A stretch of DNA of 53,188 nucleotides. It comes from Chrysochromulina tobinii. Taxonomy: Eukaryota. The notes beneath the pieces are model-generated. The model searched no databases, was not told where the DNA came from, and saw only the letters and a program-made list of their open reading frames with translations. The translations under genes were made by a program, and so were the position numbers. The stretch spans positions 1 through 53,188 of the forward strand of contig JWZX01003274.1 of the NCBI GenBank assembly GCA_001275005.1. Direction: 5' to 3'. Positions 1-10,771 of the stretch are shown here, one piece after another (the first letter of the stretch is position 1; the number at the start of each line of letters is the position of its first letter).

Positions 1-1
<1 letters not shown>

Positions 2-60
<59 letters not shown>
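2..60 (+). repeat. (GCGCCC)n hexamer tandem repeat, about 10 copies, encoding (Ala-Pro)n
   Basis: Visible directly; in frame with the 104..490 ORF. Confidence 0.9.
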
Positions 61-490
61 TGCCCCACGCAGCACTCCGTTCGGGCAGGCGGCGGCCTTT
101 GCTATGCCGATGGCTGGGTTGGCAGCAGCGGGAGGCGTCGCAGCTGCCACTCGAGGTGGCGCGCCGCCGCCCCCGGTAGCGGTAGCAGCTGATGATGATG
201 GAGATGATGACGACGACTACGACGATGATATTGTCGACGACGATGGCATCGTCGACGACGACCTCGTCGACGATGCGGAAGGGGAGCAGGCCGACAACGG
301 CGGACACTTGGCCTACGCCATCGACGGCGACAATGCGCCCTTGCAGAGGGTTAAGACTTTCCAAGGCGGCTTGCCTTTGCCGTATGCTGATGATGATGAC
401 TTTGACAACGGCGAGGAGGAAGAGCAGGAGGGCGAAGATTACTACTACGACGACGAGGATGATGACGACGGGACGGGCTACAAAGCATGA
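2..490 (+). CDS. 3' end of a gene entering from the left edge: AP repeat plus acidic D/E-rich tail, function unknown
   Basis: Frame is open from base 2 to TGA at 490; coding-like codon usage; poly-Asp/Glu tracts. Confidence 0.6.
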
Positions 491-1102
491 GATGTGGGTC
501 GAGATCAAGGGCGGGCTGACGGAAGGCTTGAGTCGGCGTGTAGCTGCTCGCTCATGAGCTTGAGGCATGGCCATGGGTTTCACCCCGCGCCCGGCGTCCG
601 GCCACACGCGCCCACATGACGCAACAATCATGTACCATCAGAACATACAGTGTAAAAGTCGGGGTAACGGGAACCGGCGCGGACGCGACGTTCGTAATGA
701 AAATTCGGATAAAAAAAATTATCGCCCTCGCCCGCCCGCAGGCGCCCTGGCGCAGCGCGCAGCCGCGGCGGCACCGGCGGCACGTCGCCCCGCAAGAACC
801 CAAGAACCATCATGCCAAGAACGCGCATGTCCGCATCGACTCTCATCCGCTCACCGCCCGTGCATCTTGTGGTTTCTATTGACCGAGATAACAGCAATTT
901 AAGAGGTACAGCAATTTCAAGGACTGTCGAGGCTCATACGCGCATCAGGCGCACCACGCGCGCACACCACGCAGTCACCACATTTACCCAGACCGCAGAC
1001 GCCTCACCAGACGCCACGCCCAGCGCCGCCATGAGCACTCTGCTCGGCCATGTGCCTGCTGCTGCTGCGCGCGGGCCCACACGCTCTCTGTGTTCCCAAT
1101 CT

Positions 1103-2047
1103 CTACGGCAGCGTCGCCTTGAGCGTCTTTTTCTGCTCGACCGTGAGTGTGGAGGGGAAGGTGACCTCGAAGCAGATGATGAGGTCGGCTCCGCAGATGC
1201 CCTCGCCCGGCACGGTCAGCGAATCGCCGGGCGCGACGATCTGCGTGGCAGGCACGGCGAGCTCGCGCCCGTCAAACGTGGGCACCGGAACGACCTTGCC
1301 GCACAGCGCCTCCTTCAAGCTCATCGTATGCTTGTACAGAAGGTTGTCGCCCTCGCGCGACCACAGCGGATCTGGCAACACCACGAGCATGATCTCGACG
1401 TCGCCGGGCAGGACGTGCACGCCCTGGTCGCCCTGGCCCTCAAGCGTCGCGATGAGGCCCTCCTCCGAGCCAGGCTTCACGTACAGCTCCGTCTCCACCG
1501 CCTCGTCCATCGTCGTGCCGTCCTCCTTGAGCAACTTCCGCGTGTAGCCCACCGTCTTGACCGCGCCGTTGTATACCTCCGCGAGCGTCACCTCGAGCGG
1601 CGCGACGACCACCGGCGCCTTGCTCTTCGTGAACGGCAGCTGCATGCCCGTGAGCTGGCCGTAAAAGGCGGGCGGCTCCTCGCCGGTGGTGCCGAGGATA
1701 TCGGCAAACGGGCTGCTGGTACCAAAGAAGGCCTGGAAGATATCGAGCGCATTGTTGTGGTAGCGGTATTTGCCGCCCTTGACGCCGCCCACGCCGTCTG
1801 GGATGCCCTCCTTGAGCCCTCGCTCGCCATACTGATCGTAGATTGCGCGGCGCGCCGGGTTGGAGAGCACATCATACGCCTCCGAGATCGAGGTGAAGGT
1901 GATCTCCGCCTCATCGGGCGGAATGGTCGCGCGCTGGGGGTGGAATTTGAGGGCGAGCTTCCTGTACGCCTTGTTGAGCTCCGCCGGCGTGCACGTGCGC
2001 GTCACGCCCAGCGAGTCATAGTAGCTTGTCAGCTTGCTCGCCGGCAT
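1103..2047 (-). CDS. DNAJB13: Class B J-domain protein, DNAJB13/radial-spoke RSP16-like
   Basis: N-terminal J domain (YYDSLGV...KAYRKLALKFHPQ...EAYDVLSNP..R.IYDQYGE.GLK), short linker (DIFQAFFGTSSPF) and DnaJ C-terminal domain; no Zn finger; HPD is altered to HPQ. Orthology to DNAJB13 is inferred. Confidence 0.75.
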   Translation of the reverse strand: MPASKLTSYYDSLGVTRTCTPAELNKAYRKLALKFHPQRATIPPDEAEITFTSISEAYDVLSNPARRAIYDQYGERGLKEGIPDGVGGVKGGKYRYHNNALDIFQAFFGTSSPFADILGTTGEEPPAFYGQLTGMQLPFTKSKAPVVVAPLEVTLAEVYNGAVKTVGYTRKLLKEDGTTMDEAVETELYVKPGSEEGLIATLEGQGDQGVHVLPGDVEIMLVVLPDPLWSREGDNLLYKHTMSLKEALCGKVVPVPTFDGRELAVPATQIVAPGDSLTVPGEGICGADLIICFEVTFPSTLTVEQKKTLKATLP

Positions 2048-2160
2048 CCCTGCTGAAAAACAGCGCCCTCAACGACGGCGCGCCGTCGTGAGCGAGCGAT
2101 TTCCCATGCATTCGAAAAGTGCACCACTCTCGCCTTGAGCTACCGCAGGACGGCGTCCAC

Positions 2161-3822
2161 ATGCGCCGGTCGTCATTTTTGCGCCGCCTCTCGGATTCGG
2201 ACACGCTCCGTGACGAGATTTTCAACCTGCAGGCACGCAACGCGTCGCTTACCGAGCGCCTCTCGAGTCTCGTCGGCGGCGACCTCGACCTCCACGAGGA
2301 GGTGACGCAGTGCCGCGCGCTGCTCGCCAGAAAGGACGCGGAGCTCAACGAGCTCAACGAGCTCTTTTGTAGCATCGAAGACGAAGTGGCGCGAGCGCGG
2401 ACCGAGCGTGACGATGCGCAGGCCCACGCCGCTCGCGCAGAGGATGCGGCGGCGGCGGCGGCTGGGGAAAAGGCGGAAGCGGCGGGGCGCGCGGAGGCCA
2501 CCGAGGCCATCGCAGCGCTCGAGGCGCGCGGCCGGGAGATGGCGCTCGCGCGGCTCGCCGCGGAGCAGGTGGGATCGCGCCTCCTTCTCGAGGCACTGAT
2601 CAAGGCCGACGGAGAGCTGCACACGCTCGGTTGCGCGCACCGGCAGGCGCTCGAGCGCTCGACGTCGCTCGAGGCTGCCAAGACGGCAGCGCTTGCGCGC
2701 GACGCGCACGGGCGCTCGGCGGTGCAGGAGTCGCTCGTGCATGCGCAGCAAGAGAATGCGCGTCACACTGGCACGATCCACGCGCTCGAGGCTCAGCTGG
2801 CCGCGCTCATGGCAGAGCTCGCGTCCGCGACTCAGCGGGCCGACCGTGCCGACGAGCGGTGTCTTGCGAGCGAGGGGCGTGTAGGCGTTCTCCATGTAGA
2901 GCTGCATGCAATGCGCGAGGCGTGCGCCCGCGCGACCGGCGACGCTGCGAGCGCGCGTGCCGCCGCCGACGAGGCGCGCACCGAGTGCCTCACGCGCGCG
3001 ACAGCGCAGGCGGCGGCGACGGCTGAGCTCGCTGCGGTCCAGGCAGCGCTCAAGGCGACGCGTGTAGCGGCAGCCAAGGCGGCGGCGGCGAGCGAGGCGG
3101 CGCAAGCCGAGCTCAACGAACGCATGAGCGCTGTGAGTGCGCTCGCTGCCGAGAACGCCCGCGCGCTCGAGGCAGCACGCACGGGCGAGCTTGATGCGCG
3201 GGCAGAGACCGAGGAGATTCGACGCAAGGCGAGCGCGCTGCAGGCGGCGCTGTCGGCAGCGCAGCTGCAGGCACGCATGGACGCGCAGATGCAGGCGGCT
3301 GAGGCCACCAAGGCCGCCGAGGCGCAGCGCGCATCACTCGAGGAGGCGAGAGAGGCGTTGCAAGCGCGGCTTGAGAAGGCCGTGAGCGCGCGCGCAGCTC
3401 TAGAACGGCGAGCAAGCGACGCCGAGGCGGAGGCGCGCCGGCTGCAAAAGTGCGAGAAGCAGGCAGCGGCGCTCGATACACAGTGCAAGGCCTTGCAGAC
3501 GGAGCTCGCCAAAAAGGCTGACGCCCTCGAGAGGGTACTCAAGCGACGTGGCTCCGCGCTGGTGCCGCCACCGGCGCCGCCGCCGCCGCTTCCGCTGGCG
3601 CCGCCGTCGCTGCCGCTGGCGCCGCCGGCGTCGCTGCCGCTGGCGCCGCCCGCTGCTGAGCTGCTTGCGCCGGCCGCGCCTTGCGCGAGTGAGGCCGCCG
3701 AGGGCGCGAGTGAGGCCGCCGAGGGCGCGAGTGAGGCCGCCGAGGGCGCGAGTGAGGCCGCCGAGGCGAAGCCCGAAATTCCAAGCGCTATGCCGACGCC
3801 GACCCAGACGGCGCCGCCGCTG

Positions 3823-3853
<31 letters not shown>

Positions 3854-4149
3854 TCAAGGCGTCGCACGGGATGCGCCTAACCTCGCACATCGCAGCAGCG
3901 TCCTATGGGCCAGTGCTGGCCTTCGAGGACAAGCCCGCTGGAGCGCCGACGGCGCGGCCGACGGCTCGCGGCAAGGGCGAAGGCGGCGGCCTGGCGCTGG
4001 CGTCCTCCTCCAAGGAGAATGCCCCCAATGTGCGTGCTCCGTCACCCGGGCCCGGTCCGACCACGGTGAAGAAGGGAGGAGTCGTGTACAAGGAGGTCAG
4101 CTCACGCTACTCCTCGTCGCCAGCAAAAAATCACGGACGTGCCCTGTGA
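2161..4149 (+). CDS. Ala/Glu-rich coiled-coil protein with Pro-rich tail, unknown function
   Basis: Long ORF with first ATG at 2161 and heptad-like composition; head-to-head with the DnaJ gene, about 110 bp apart. Confidence 0.7.
3685..3765 (+). repeat. 21-bp coding minisatellite, about 4 copies (ASEAAEG)
   Basis: gcgagtgaggccgccgagggc repeated in tandem. Confidence 0.9.
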
Positions 4150-4319
4150 ATCGATGTAACGTACATCGTAGCCAAAAGAGCCCGGCAAGGGGTTAAGCAA
4201 GCTAAGTTGCTTGTGAACATGTTCTAACGAGACGATGCCAAATTTGGAGACGAAGGTATACGAAACGAAACCGTGCAAAAGTCGCCTCCAAACAAGTATA
4301 GAGTTGAGCCCGCAAGATC

Positions 4320-6209
4320 ATGGCGCGCTTCACCAGGAACGTCGTGGCCCTGGCTGAGTGTGAGGCACCGCAAATCAAGAAAACTCTACGTGCTTGCCTA
4401 ATTGATCCTCGGTTGATCCTCGAAGCCAAGACAAAACAGGACCTCATCGACCTTGCTGAGCAGAATGGTATCTTCTCCACACTCGACGAATGGACCATTG
4501 AGATTATGAGGGCTGCCAAGGAAGCGGGGAAGAGTCCGCTCGACGCTATGCTACAGGCAACCCGCGAGACGCGGGGCCCATCCAAAAAGGCAGCACATAA
4601 GAGCCCAATGGCTGCGGCGCAAGCGGAGCTGGCGTCTCTTAGGAAGGATATCTCGAGAAAGGCCGACGAGCTGGGGCTGGACGTGCCGGGGGACAGGCTA
4701 GCGTTTGCGGCAGACTGGTCGCGCGGGCCGGCGGGCAAGTATCAGACCATGGAGATTCCAGCGTACCAGCCAGCGGCCGGCCAGCGCAAGCATACGATGC
4801 AGGATGAGGATCTGCTCGTACAGGATGAGTACACATCTATCGTGGACAAGAGCTACCGCCCCGCTACCGCGCACGCTGCTCTTGGGCATGGCTATGAGGG
4901 CAGCACCTACGTCAGCCCGATGGTGCAAGCACACATCAGCGCCCGCCTGAGTGCAAAGGAGTCGGCCCGCCTCAGCGCACAGGAGTCGTTGCCGAGCTTT
5001 AGAGGCTCAGCCGAGAAGACTAAGGAGTCCAAGAAGTCGGGCGGGAAAAAGGGCAAAGCGGCTGCTACGACGCGTGAGGCGACGCGTGAGGCTCAAGGCG
5101 GGCAGAGCAAAACTGGCAATGCCCCAGCTTCGAAACGCGGGTCAAAGGGAGGGAAGCGCCACACTCCCCCTCAGTCTACTGCTGCCTCCGCGCGCCCCAC
5201 CACTGCCTCAGCGGCCTCCCTCTCAGCTGCCCTAGCCCCGGCCGTGGTGGCGGCCGCCGCCCCCGCGGTGATGGCGGCAGCAGCGGCGCACCTTGGATCT
5301 AAATCCGGTGCCGCTCGCCCGGCTGCAAGCATGAATGAATTCTTTGAGGCGGCAAAGGCGGACGCTGCCAAGGCTGGGCCGCGAGGGGCTCGGGGGTATA
5401 CACCGCTCACCTCGATAGGCTCACGAGGAGGTGACCTCTCAGCTGCCCTAACCCCAGCCGTGGTGGCGGCGGCCGCACCCGCAGTGATGGCGGCAGCAGC
5501 GGCGCACCTTGGATCTCATGCTGAGCAGGCTATGCCTCTTGATCGCACGCGGCGCCAGCCGCCAGCCTTGCAAGCAGCCAGTGTGGTGCGTCAGCAGAGC
5601 ACCGACTCGCTGAACATCTCAATGTCATCTTCGGCCGAGTGGGACGACGTCTTGTTTCGCGGACAAGTTCCATCATTTGTGGAGCGGAGCGCCCGATCCT
5701 ACCCTGTGCCCAAGTCTTCAATCCTCGCGGACGACGACAGTAGAGGCATGCCAGAAGAGGTCTTCGGACGCGTGGTCGATCAGCACGGAGTGCGATCCAA
5801 GCCCAAGCCCAAACCGTTGCCATCGCCCACGAAGGCTCCAGTCACTGATCGTGAGATGTACGGTGAGACGATGCGCGAATACGGCCTTGATATCGAAGAC
5901 CTCAAGACGGCGCGCAAGGCGGCGGCCAAGGCGGCACAAGAGGCGCGTGAGACTGCTAACCTCAACCGGGGATCGTCCACCGACGACCGCGGCGGCAAAG
6001 GAGAGCGCATTGCAGTGGCAGCAGCGATGGCGGACCTCGGCCTCTCACTCGACGAGATCCGGAATGCGATGAGGCATCGAGGGACGTCGACGCTTGAGGA
6101 TGAGCCCGAAGATCTCCTGCGCAAAGCCGTCACTTGGGACGAGGAAGTAGCCCGAGCGAAGAAGTGGGCACTGCGCGGAGCCCAGACGAACTGGGCAAGG
6201 TTTGACTGA
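4320..6209 (+). CDS. Hypothetical 629-aa protein, largely low complexity
   Basis: ATG-initiated long ORF; internal duplication SAALxPAVVAAAAPAVMAAAAAHLGS at about 5219-5300 and 5436-5517. Confidence 0.65.
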   Translation: MARFTRNVVALAECEAPQIKKTLRACLIDPRLILEAKTKQDLIDLAEQNGIFSTLDEWTIEIMRAAKEAGKSPLDAMLQATRETRGPSKKAAHKSPMAAAQAELASLRKDISRKADELGLDVPGDRLAFAADWSRGPAGKYQTMEIPAYQPAAGQRKHTMQDEDLLVQDEYTSIVDKSYRPATAHAALGHGYEGSTYVSPMVQAHISARLSAKESARLSAQESLPSFRGSAEKTKESKKSGGKKGKAAATTREATREAQGGQSKTGNAPASKRGSKGGKRHTPPQSTAASARPTTASAASLSAALAPAVVAAAAPAVMAAAAAHLGSKSGAARPAASMNEFFEAAKADAAKAGPRGARGYTPLTSIGSRGGDLSAALTPAVVAAAAPAVMAAAAAHLGSHAEQAMPLDRTRRQPPALQAASVVRQQSTDSLNISMSSSAEWDDVLFRGQVPSFVERSARSYPVPKSSILADDDSRGMPEEVFGRVVDQHGVRSKPKPKPLPSPTKAPVTDREMYGETMREYGLDIEDLKTARKAAAKAAQEARETANLNRGSSTDDRGGKGERIAVAAAMADLGLSLDEIRNAMRHRGTSTLEDEPEDLLRKAVTWDEEVARAKKWALRGAQTNWARFD

Positions 6210-6665
6210 AATCGAGACGATTGAAATCGGTAAGGTTATAATTACACTCAATGGTTGTTACAATGGTGTGGTCGAATTGTGGAATCGGAATTCACTCATC
6301 CCTGCGGGCGCCAGACCGAGGACCGCGCGGCGCGAGCCGCGACCGCGCGGCGCGCGGGACCCGGGTCCCGGCGGGCCCGGGATCGTATATCGGAATATGA
6401 TCCCGCCCCGTCGCGCCCGGCCGGGGGCCGGCGCGTCGCGTTCATCCAAAGCGGGACAGGCGATTCAATGATTACCGAGCGGGCATCCCCTGCCTGCGCA
6501 CATTTAAAGAACACTGATCCGAGCACCTGCGCCTTCTCGAGAGCCAGGGCCGCGCCAAGCATCCGGGTCGTACAGCTACAGGAACACCCCTGCTCCCATC
6601 CGATTACCAGCATCCTCGGCATGAGTACTTTCTCCCCGACCCACCACGCTGGCACTGATGCACTC

Positions 6666-9317
6666 TCATCGCACAAGCATGGGCGAGTCTGATCGGCTAA
6701 TGAAGCTGCTACGCCGCCAGCCAAAGCGCTCGATGCGCACCTCCTTGTAGCTCACGTCTGCGGCCTGCTTCTCCTCAGCAGCAGCGAATGAGCTGCGCCT
6801 TGTGAGGACGCCAGAGGACTGCCGGTCGAAGAGTGTCGCGCCTGCCCTGCCGAAGAGCGTGGGCGATTGGCACGCTTTGGACTTCTCCTCAAACGAGGCC
6901 TCGTCGGCGGCTGCCACATCGCGGCTGCTCACATGAAAGAAGGGCAAGGCCGCGGATGGCGCCTTTGGCTCGGAAGCGATTGGACCGTTTGCCGCTGATA
7001 CGTCTTGGGTACTCGGCGCGCGGCGCGGCTTGCTCGCCGTCTGTGGGCCCCCGCCCTGCTTCTGGCCACTCTCGATGTTCTGACTGTTGATGGAGCGCAT
7101 GGCCATTGGCTGGCGCGCCGGTGGCGAGTTGTCGGGGGGAGCGGGCGGAGGCGCCATTTCGGACGGAGGCGCCATCGGCGCAGGTGCCTTGGGCGGCCTC
7201 TTTGCGGGCGTCGGGCTCGCGTTACGACTCTCACTCGAGCTCGGGTTCGAACGCTGGCTACCGGCCGAGCGATTGCTGCTGCCGGCGGGCGGCGCGAGCG
7301 ACGCGAGTGATGAAGGCCCCACAGGGCTTCCTCCACTGCTGCGCCGCTGCTGCCCAGGCTTGCAGAGCACAGTGGGGGGACGCATGCCAGCCGACGCCTG
7401 GACGCGTTGGCCTGGAATGGGAGAGGCATTGCGGCTGCTGGGATGGCTCGAGCCGGTATTCGTGCGGTTGGACGTTGGTGACGGGTTGCTGACTGCGCCT
7501 GCTCTGCCGCCGGTGGTCGCCGGCGAGACGGACCGCGAGGCGTTTGAGGAGCGCCGCGCGGCGGGCGGCTTGGGTGCCGCCGCGGGCCTCGCCGGAGAGG
7601 GGATCGGCGAGTCGCCCGAGGCCGAGCCGCTCGATGAGGCACCACTCATGCTACGCTTCGGAGGTGCCGGTTTTGCCGGCCCGTACCCCGACGATTTCAC
7701 AGGTTTCTTGGCGCTCGCGTCGTCGACCACCACGTCGCCGATTGCCTGCACAGGCTTGCGCCCGGGAGGAGGTTTCACCGGCGGTGACGCATCCCAGCCT
7801 TTGGTCGCGACCGGCGCGCCCACGGCAGCGGGCGCAGCGGCGGGCGCGACCGAGGGCCGCTTGGGTTGAGCCCCTGTGGACGGCCGGAACTTGTTGTGCT
7901 TCCCAAATTTGGCATCGCCCAGTGCATGCAACTGATCGAGCTCATTGGGCGGGGGCGGCGACGGTACGGGCGGGGCACCGTTGAGGACGGACGGTGCATT
8001 GTCCTCCTCCACCTCACTCGCAGCACTCTCGGCGGCGGGTGCGGGCTTGTGCGAGCCGCCTAGCTTACTGAAGTCGAGCGATGGGACGGGAGACTCCCGC
8101 CCCGCTAGGCGCTCAAAGGGCGACACACGACCAGCCATGCGCTCCGCCAGACGCGCTGCGCCCGCTTCCACCGCTGGTGGATCGGCGCTCGGTGCCGAGC
8201 CGGCTGACGCATCGGCCGCTGGCTTCACGCCGACCTTGACCACCGGCTTGCTTCCCGCCTTGGCCACGGGCGCGGCCTCAGCCGCCTTCTCAGCCGCCTT
8301 CTTCGCCTCGAGGATCTGACGAGGATTGAGCTGCGGCTCCTTTGCCTTGCCCTTGGGTGCAGTGGCGGGCGCGGTACCCTTGGCAACGGGTGGCGCGGCC
8401 GCTGCCGGCGCCTCCTCGCGTGGGCTTGGCCCCTGCTTCGGCAACGAGCGCTTGATCGTCTGTGGTTTCGCTCGAATGTCCTTACACTTGGCGATGTGGC
8501 GCTCCGCTGGGAGCGCCGCGAACTTGCGCCCGCAATGAGGGCACGGCACGCGGTCATCATCATCTGCCTCCGCGAGCATCGGCGCAGTCGCTCCGCCGTC
8601 TTTGGCCGCAGCCGCCGCGCGTCTTATCTGCAGGCTCTGCTTCTGCCACTTTTTCCGCTTCGCCTCTCGCTGCGAGGCCTGTGCCTCTGGGTCGGGCTTG
8701 TCGAGCAGGCCGCGCTTGACCGCGTTCTGAACAGCCTGCTCGGCATCGGCATCGCCCTGCCAACGCTGTGCACGCGGGTCGAAAGCCTTGCGCTTCTTCT
8801 GCCTTTCCGCTGCACGGCGGCACGCCTCCTCGTGCCGCGGCAGCCGATCGAGCCTAAAGCGTCTGTTGCAACAGGCGCATTCAGCCATGTCGGGCAGCGG
8901 CGCGGCCTCATCCGGTTGCCGCGCATCGTAAATCGCGGCCGCATCGCTCTGCGGCTCCTCGTTGTCAGCGTCTACATCCTGATCGGCCTTGGGAACGGCC
9001 TTGCCGGCCACGCGCGGCGTCGGGTCAGACCGATCGGAGAAGAGCTCGTTGGCGGTGCGGTAGCTCTCTTCTGAGAGGTCCGCCGCAGCGCGAGGCGTCG
9101 GATCCGATCGGTCCGTGTACTCGTGCTCAGTGAAGATCTCCTCCTCCTCTGGGTCATCTGCGTAGCCCTCATCCTCGTACACATCATTATCATCGCACGG
9201 CACGCACGGCGCCGGCGCAAGGTTGTCGTCTTCGTACGCCGAGTCGTATTCTTGTTCCGGATCGTCAACCTCGTACGGATCCGCGATGATTGCGTAGCGG
9301 GGAGGAGGTGTCGCCAT
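6666..9317 (-). CDS. C2HC zinc-finger protein (ZC2HC1-like) with long disordered Pro/Ser tail
   Basis: Two CxxCxRxF-x7-H-x3-C fingers (CACCNRRFRLDRLPRHEEAC; CPHCGRKFAALPAERHIAKC); first ATG at 9317. Confidence 0.8.
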   Translation of the reverse strand: MATPPPRYAIIADPYEVDDPEQEYDSAYEDDNLAPAPCVPCDDNDVYEDEGYADDPEEEEIFTEHEYTDRSDPTPRAAADLSEESYRTANELFSDRSDPTPRVAGKAVPKADQDVDADNEEPQSDAAAIYDARQPDEAAPLPDMAECACCNRRFRLDRLPRHEEACRRAAERQKKRKAFDPRAQRWQGDADAEQAVQNAVKRGLLDKPDPEAQASQREAKRKKWQKQSLQIRRAAAAAKDGGATAPMLAEADDDDRVPCPHCGRKFAALPAERHIAKCKDIRAKPQTIKRSLPKQGPSPREEAPAAAAPPVAKGTAPATAPKGKAKEPQLNPRQILEAKKAAEKAAEAAPVAKAGSKPVVKVGVKPAADASAGSAPSADPPAVEAGAARLAERMAGRVSPFERLAGRESPVPSLDFSKLGGSHKPAPAAESAASEVEEDNAPSVLNGAPPVPSPPPPNELDQLHALGDAKFGKHNKFRPSTGAQPKRPSVAPAAAPAAVGAPVATKGWDASPPVKPPPGRKPVQAIGDVVVDDASAKKPVKSSGYGPAKPAPPKRSMSGASSSGSASGDSPIPSPARPAAAPKPPAARRSSNASRSVSPATTGGRAGAVSNPSPTSNRTNTGSSHPSSRNASPIPGQRVQASAGMRPPTVLCKPGQQRRSSGGSPVGPSSLASLAPPAGSSNRSAGSQRSNPSSSESRNASPTPAKRPPKAPAPMAPPSEMAPPPAPPDNSPPARQPMAMRSINSQNIESGQKQGGGPQTASKPRRAPSTQDVSAANGPIASEPKAPSAALPFFHVSSRDVAAADEASFEEKSKACQSPTLFGRAGATLFDRQSSGVLTRRSSFAAAEEKQAADVSYKEVRIERFGWRRSSFISRSDSPMLVR

Positions 9318-9547
9318 TTGTCGGGCCGAGAGTCCCAAAACCGAGGCCGAGCGCTCGATACTATTGTATTGGCTTAAGATGAGGTCGCAATCAAACGTGT
9401 CTGATCCTTTAAGGACTCCTCGACTTACAGTTCTTGACTTGACTTATGCTGTTTTTTTGCTCGAAGGCGCCGTTCTGAGCGCTTCTCGCGTCACCTCCGA
9501 CGCGTATTTCAGCTTACAGACCGGCGGCGGTCACTACCTGTTTGATA

Positions 9548-10190
9548 ATGAGGTGCTCGTCGGTCCTCGCCGTCTTGTTGCTCTCATCGTCGGTCGACGG
9601 CCTGAGGATGCCGCTCGCCGCCTGCAGCAATGGCCTTAACAGCAACAGCTGCCGACGCAGCGTGCTCGCGGGTGCCGCTGCGTTTCTGACACTCGGACCG
9701 CTCGCTCCGGCGATGGCGAACACGGCACCGATGCTTGACAAGCCCATGGAAGGGTTTGGGACGGACGAATCGAAGCGCTCTGCCTTCAAGGAGAAGCAAA
9801 AGAAGTACAAGAAGGCGTGGCGCAAGTCGCTCTCAGACCTTGAATTTGCTACCACCGACGCAGAGGCGATCACTGCCGTCGACAACCTCTATGCCCTGAT
9901 CAAAGAGAACAACTTCGAGGTGCCGGAGGGCGTGCGGAAAATGGATCTGGACCAGGTTTACAAAACGGTGCAGCCTAAGATTGGCAAAAATGCGCGAATG
10001 AACTTTCAGAAGGTGAGCCGCGCATGATCGAACATGCTCGTCATACGCCAAAATCGTATCCTCTGCACACCTGCGTCATGACGACACTTCTGACGCATGC
10101 TTGGTCGTGTATGCCTTTCCTCAGCTCGACCTGATTGTGCGAGACATTACGAGCGTCAAGGGGATGCCGAAGGATGATCTCGGCTACTGA
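9548..10190 (+). CDS. Nuclear-encoded, probably thylakoid-lumen helical protein; exons 9548-10012 and 10125-10190
   Basis: Signal peptide (MRCSSVLAVLLLSSSVDG), then twin-Arg RRSVLAG, hydrophobic stretch and AMA cleavage site. GT-AG intron 10013-10124 (aag|gtgagc...ttcctcag) gives the in-frame C-terminus LDLIVRDITSVKGMPKDDLGY*. Confidence 0.75.
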
Positions 10191-10552
10191 GAGTGCCCCC
10201 AAGGGCTGCGCCAGGCGAGCGGCAGCAGTTTCTGGTTTCCTGGCGGTGGCGCGCATGTATGTTCCGCATCGCATGTGTTGCGAGTCGCGCCGCACTCAGC
10301 AAGTCCCCGCAAGCTGTCGCACTCCGCTGAAACGGCAGAGCTCGGCCCACAAACTGAAAGGCGACACTGTTATTTCACACTTTTACATTTACTGGATTAC
10401 TGCCCGCACTATAGTAACTAACTTAGTAACTTTGACCCAAGAAGGGGGTTCCCGTCACGCGATTCGTGAGCGCGGGGGGCCGGTCGAGATTCAATGATTG
10501 GCGGGTACCTACCGTATAATTATGTATATAGCGCACGCATGTTCCTGTCTGG

Positions 10553-10692
10553 ATTCACACACTATCCCCACCACCTGATTTGAACTCAGTGATTGACCCA
10601 AAGGCGAAAGGGGTACGGTAGTCGGTAGAGGGGGAGGTTTTCCTTCTGGCATTCACACAATATCCCGTGTGACCACCTGATTTTTAACTCAG
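10553..10692. repeat. Degenerate direct repeat of about 40 bp (attcacac..tatccc..ccacctgattt..aactcag), two copies 98 bp apart
   Basis: Copies at 10553-10589 and 10651-10692; ttgacccaa..aagggg also recurs at about 10432 and 10593. Confidence 0.6.
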
Positions 10693-10771
10693 AGAACCGA
10701 ATGCATCGTAACGCGGCCTAACGTCCCGCTAAACCCGCGCCGATCGTTCGACGTTCTGCGCCCCGGGTCAC

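Noticed and set aside
812..2056. 414-aa plus-strand ORF, and many similar long antisense or alternate-frame ORFs (e.g. 39605..40810, 28016..29044, 35374..36570, 17291..18340)
   Set aside because: Shadow ORFs caused by high GC3 on the opposite strand of recognisable genes; Arg/Ala-rich with no motifs.
10430..10692. Degenerate repeats as a MITE or ncRNA
   Set aside because: No terminal inverted repeats, target-site duplication or recognisable RNA structure could be established.
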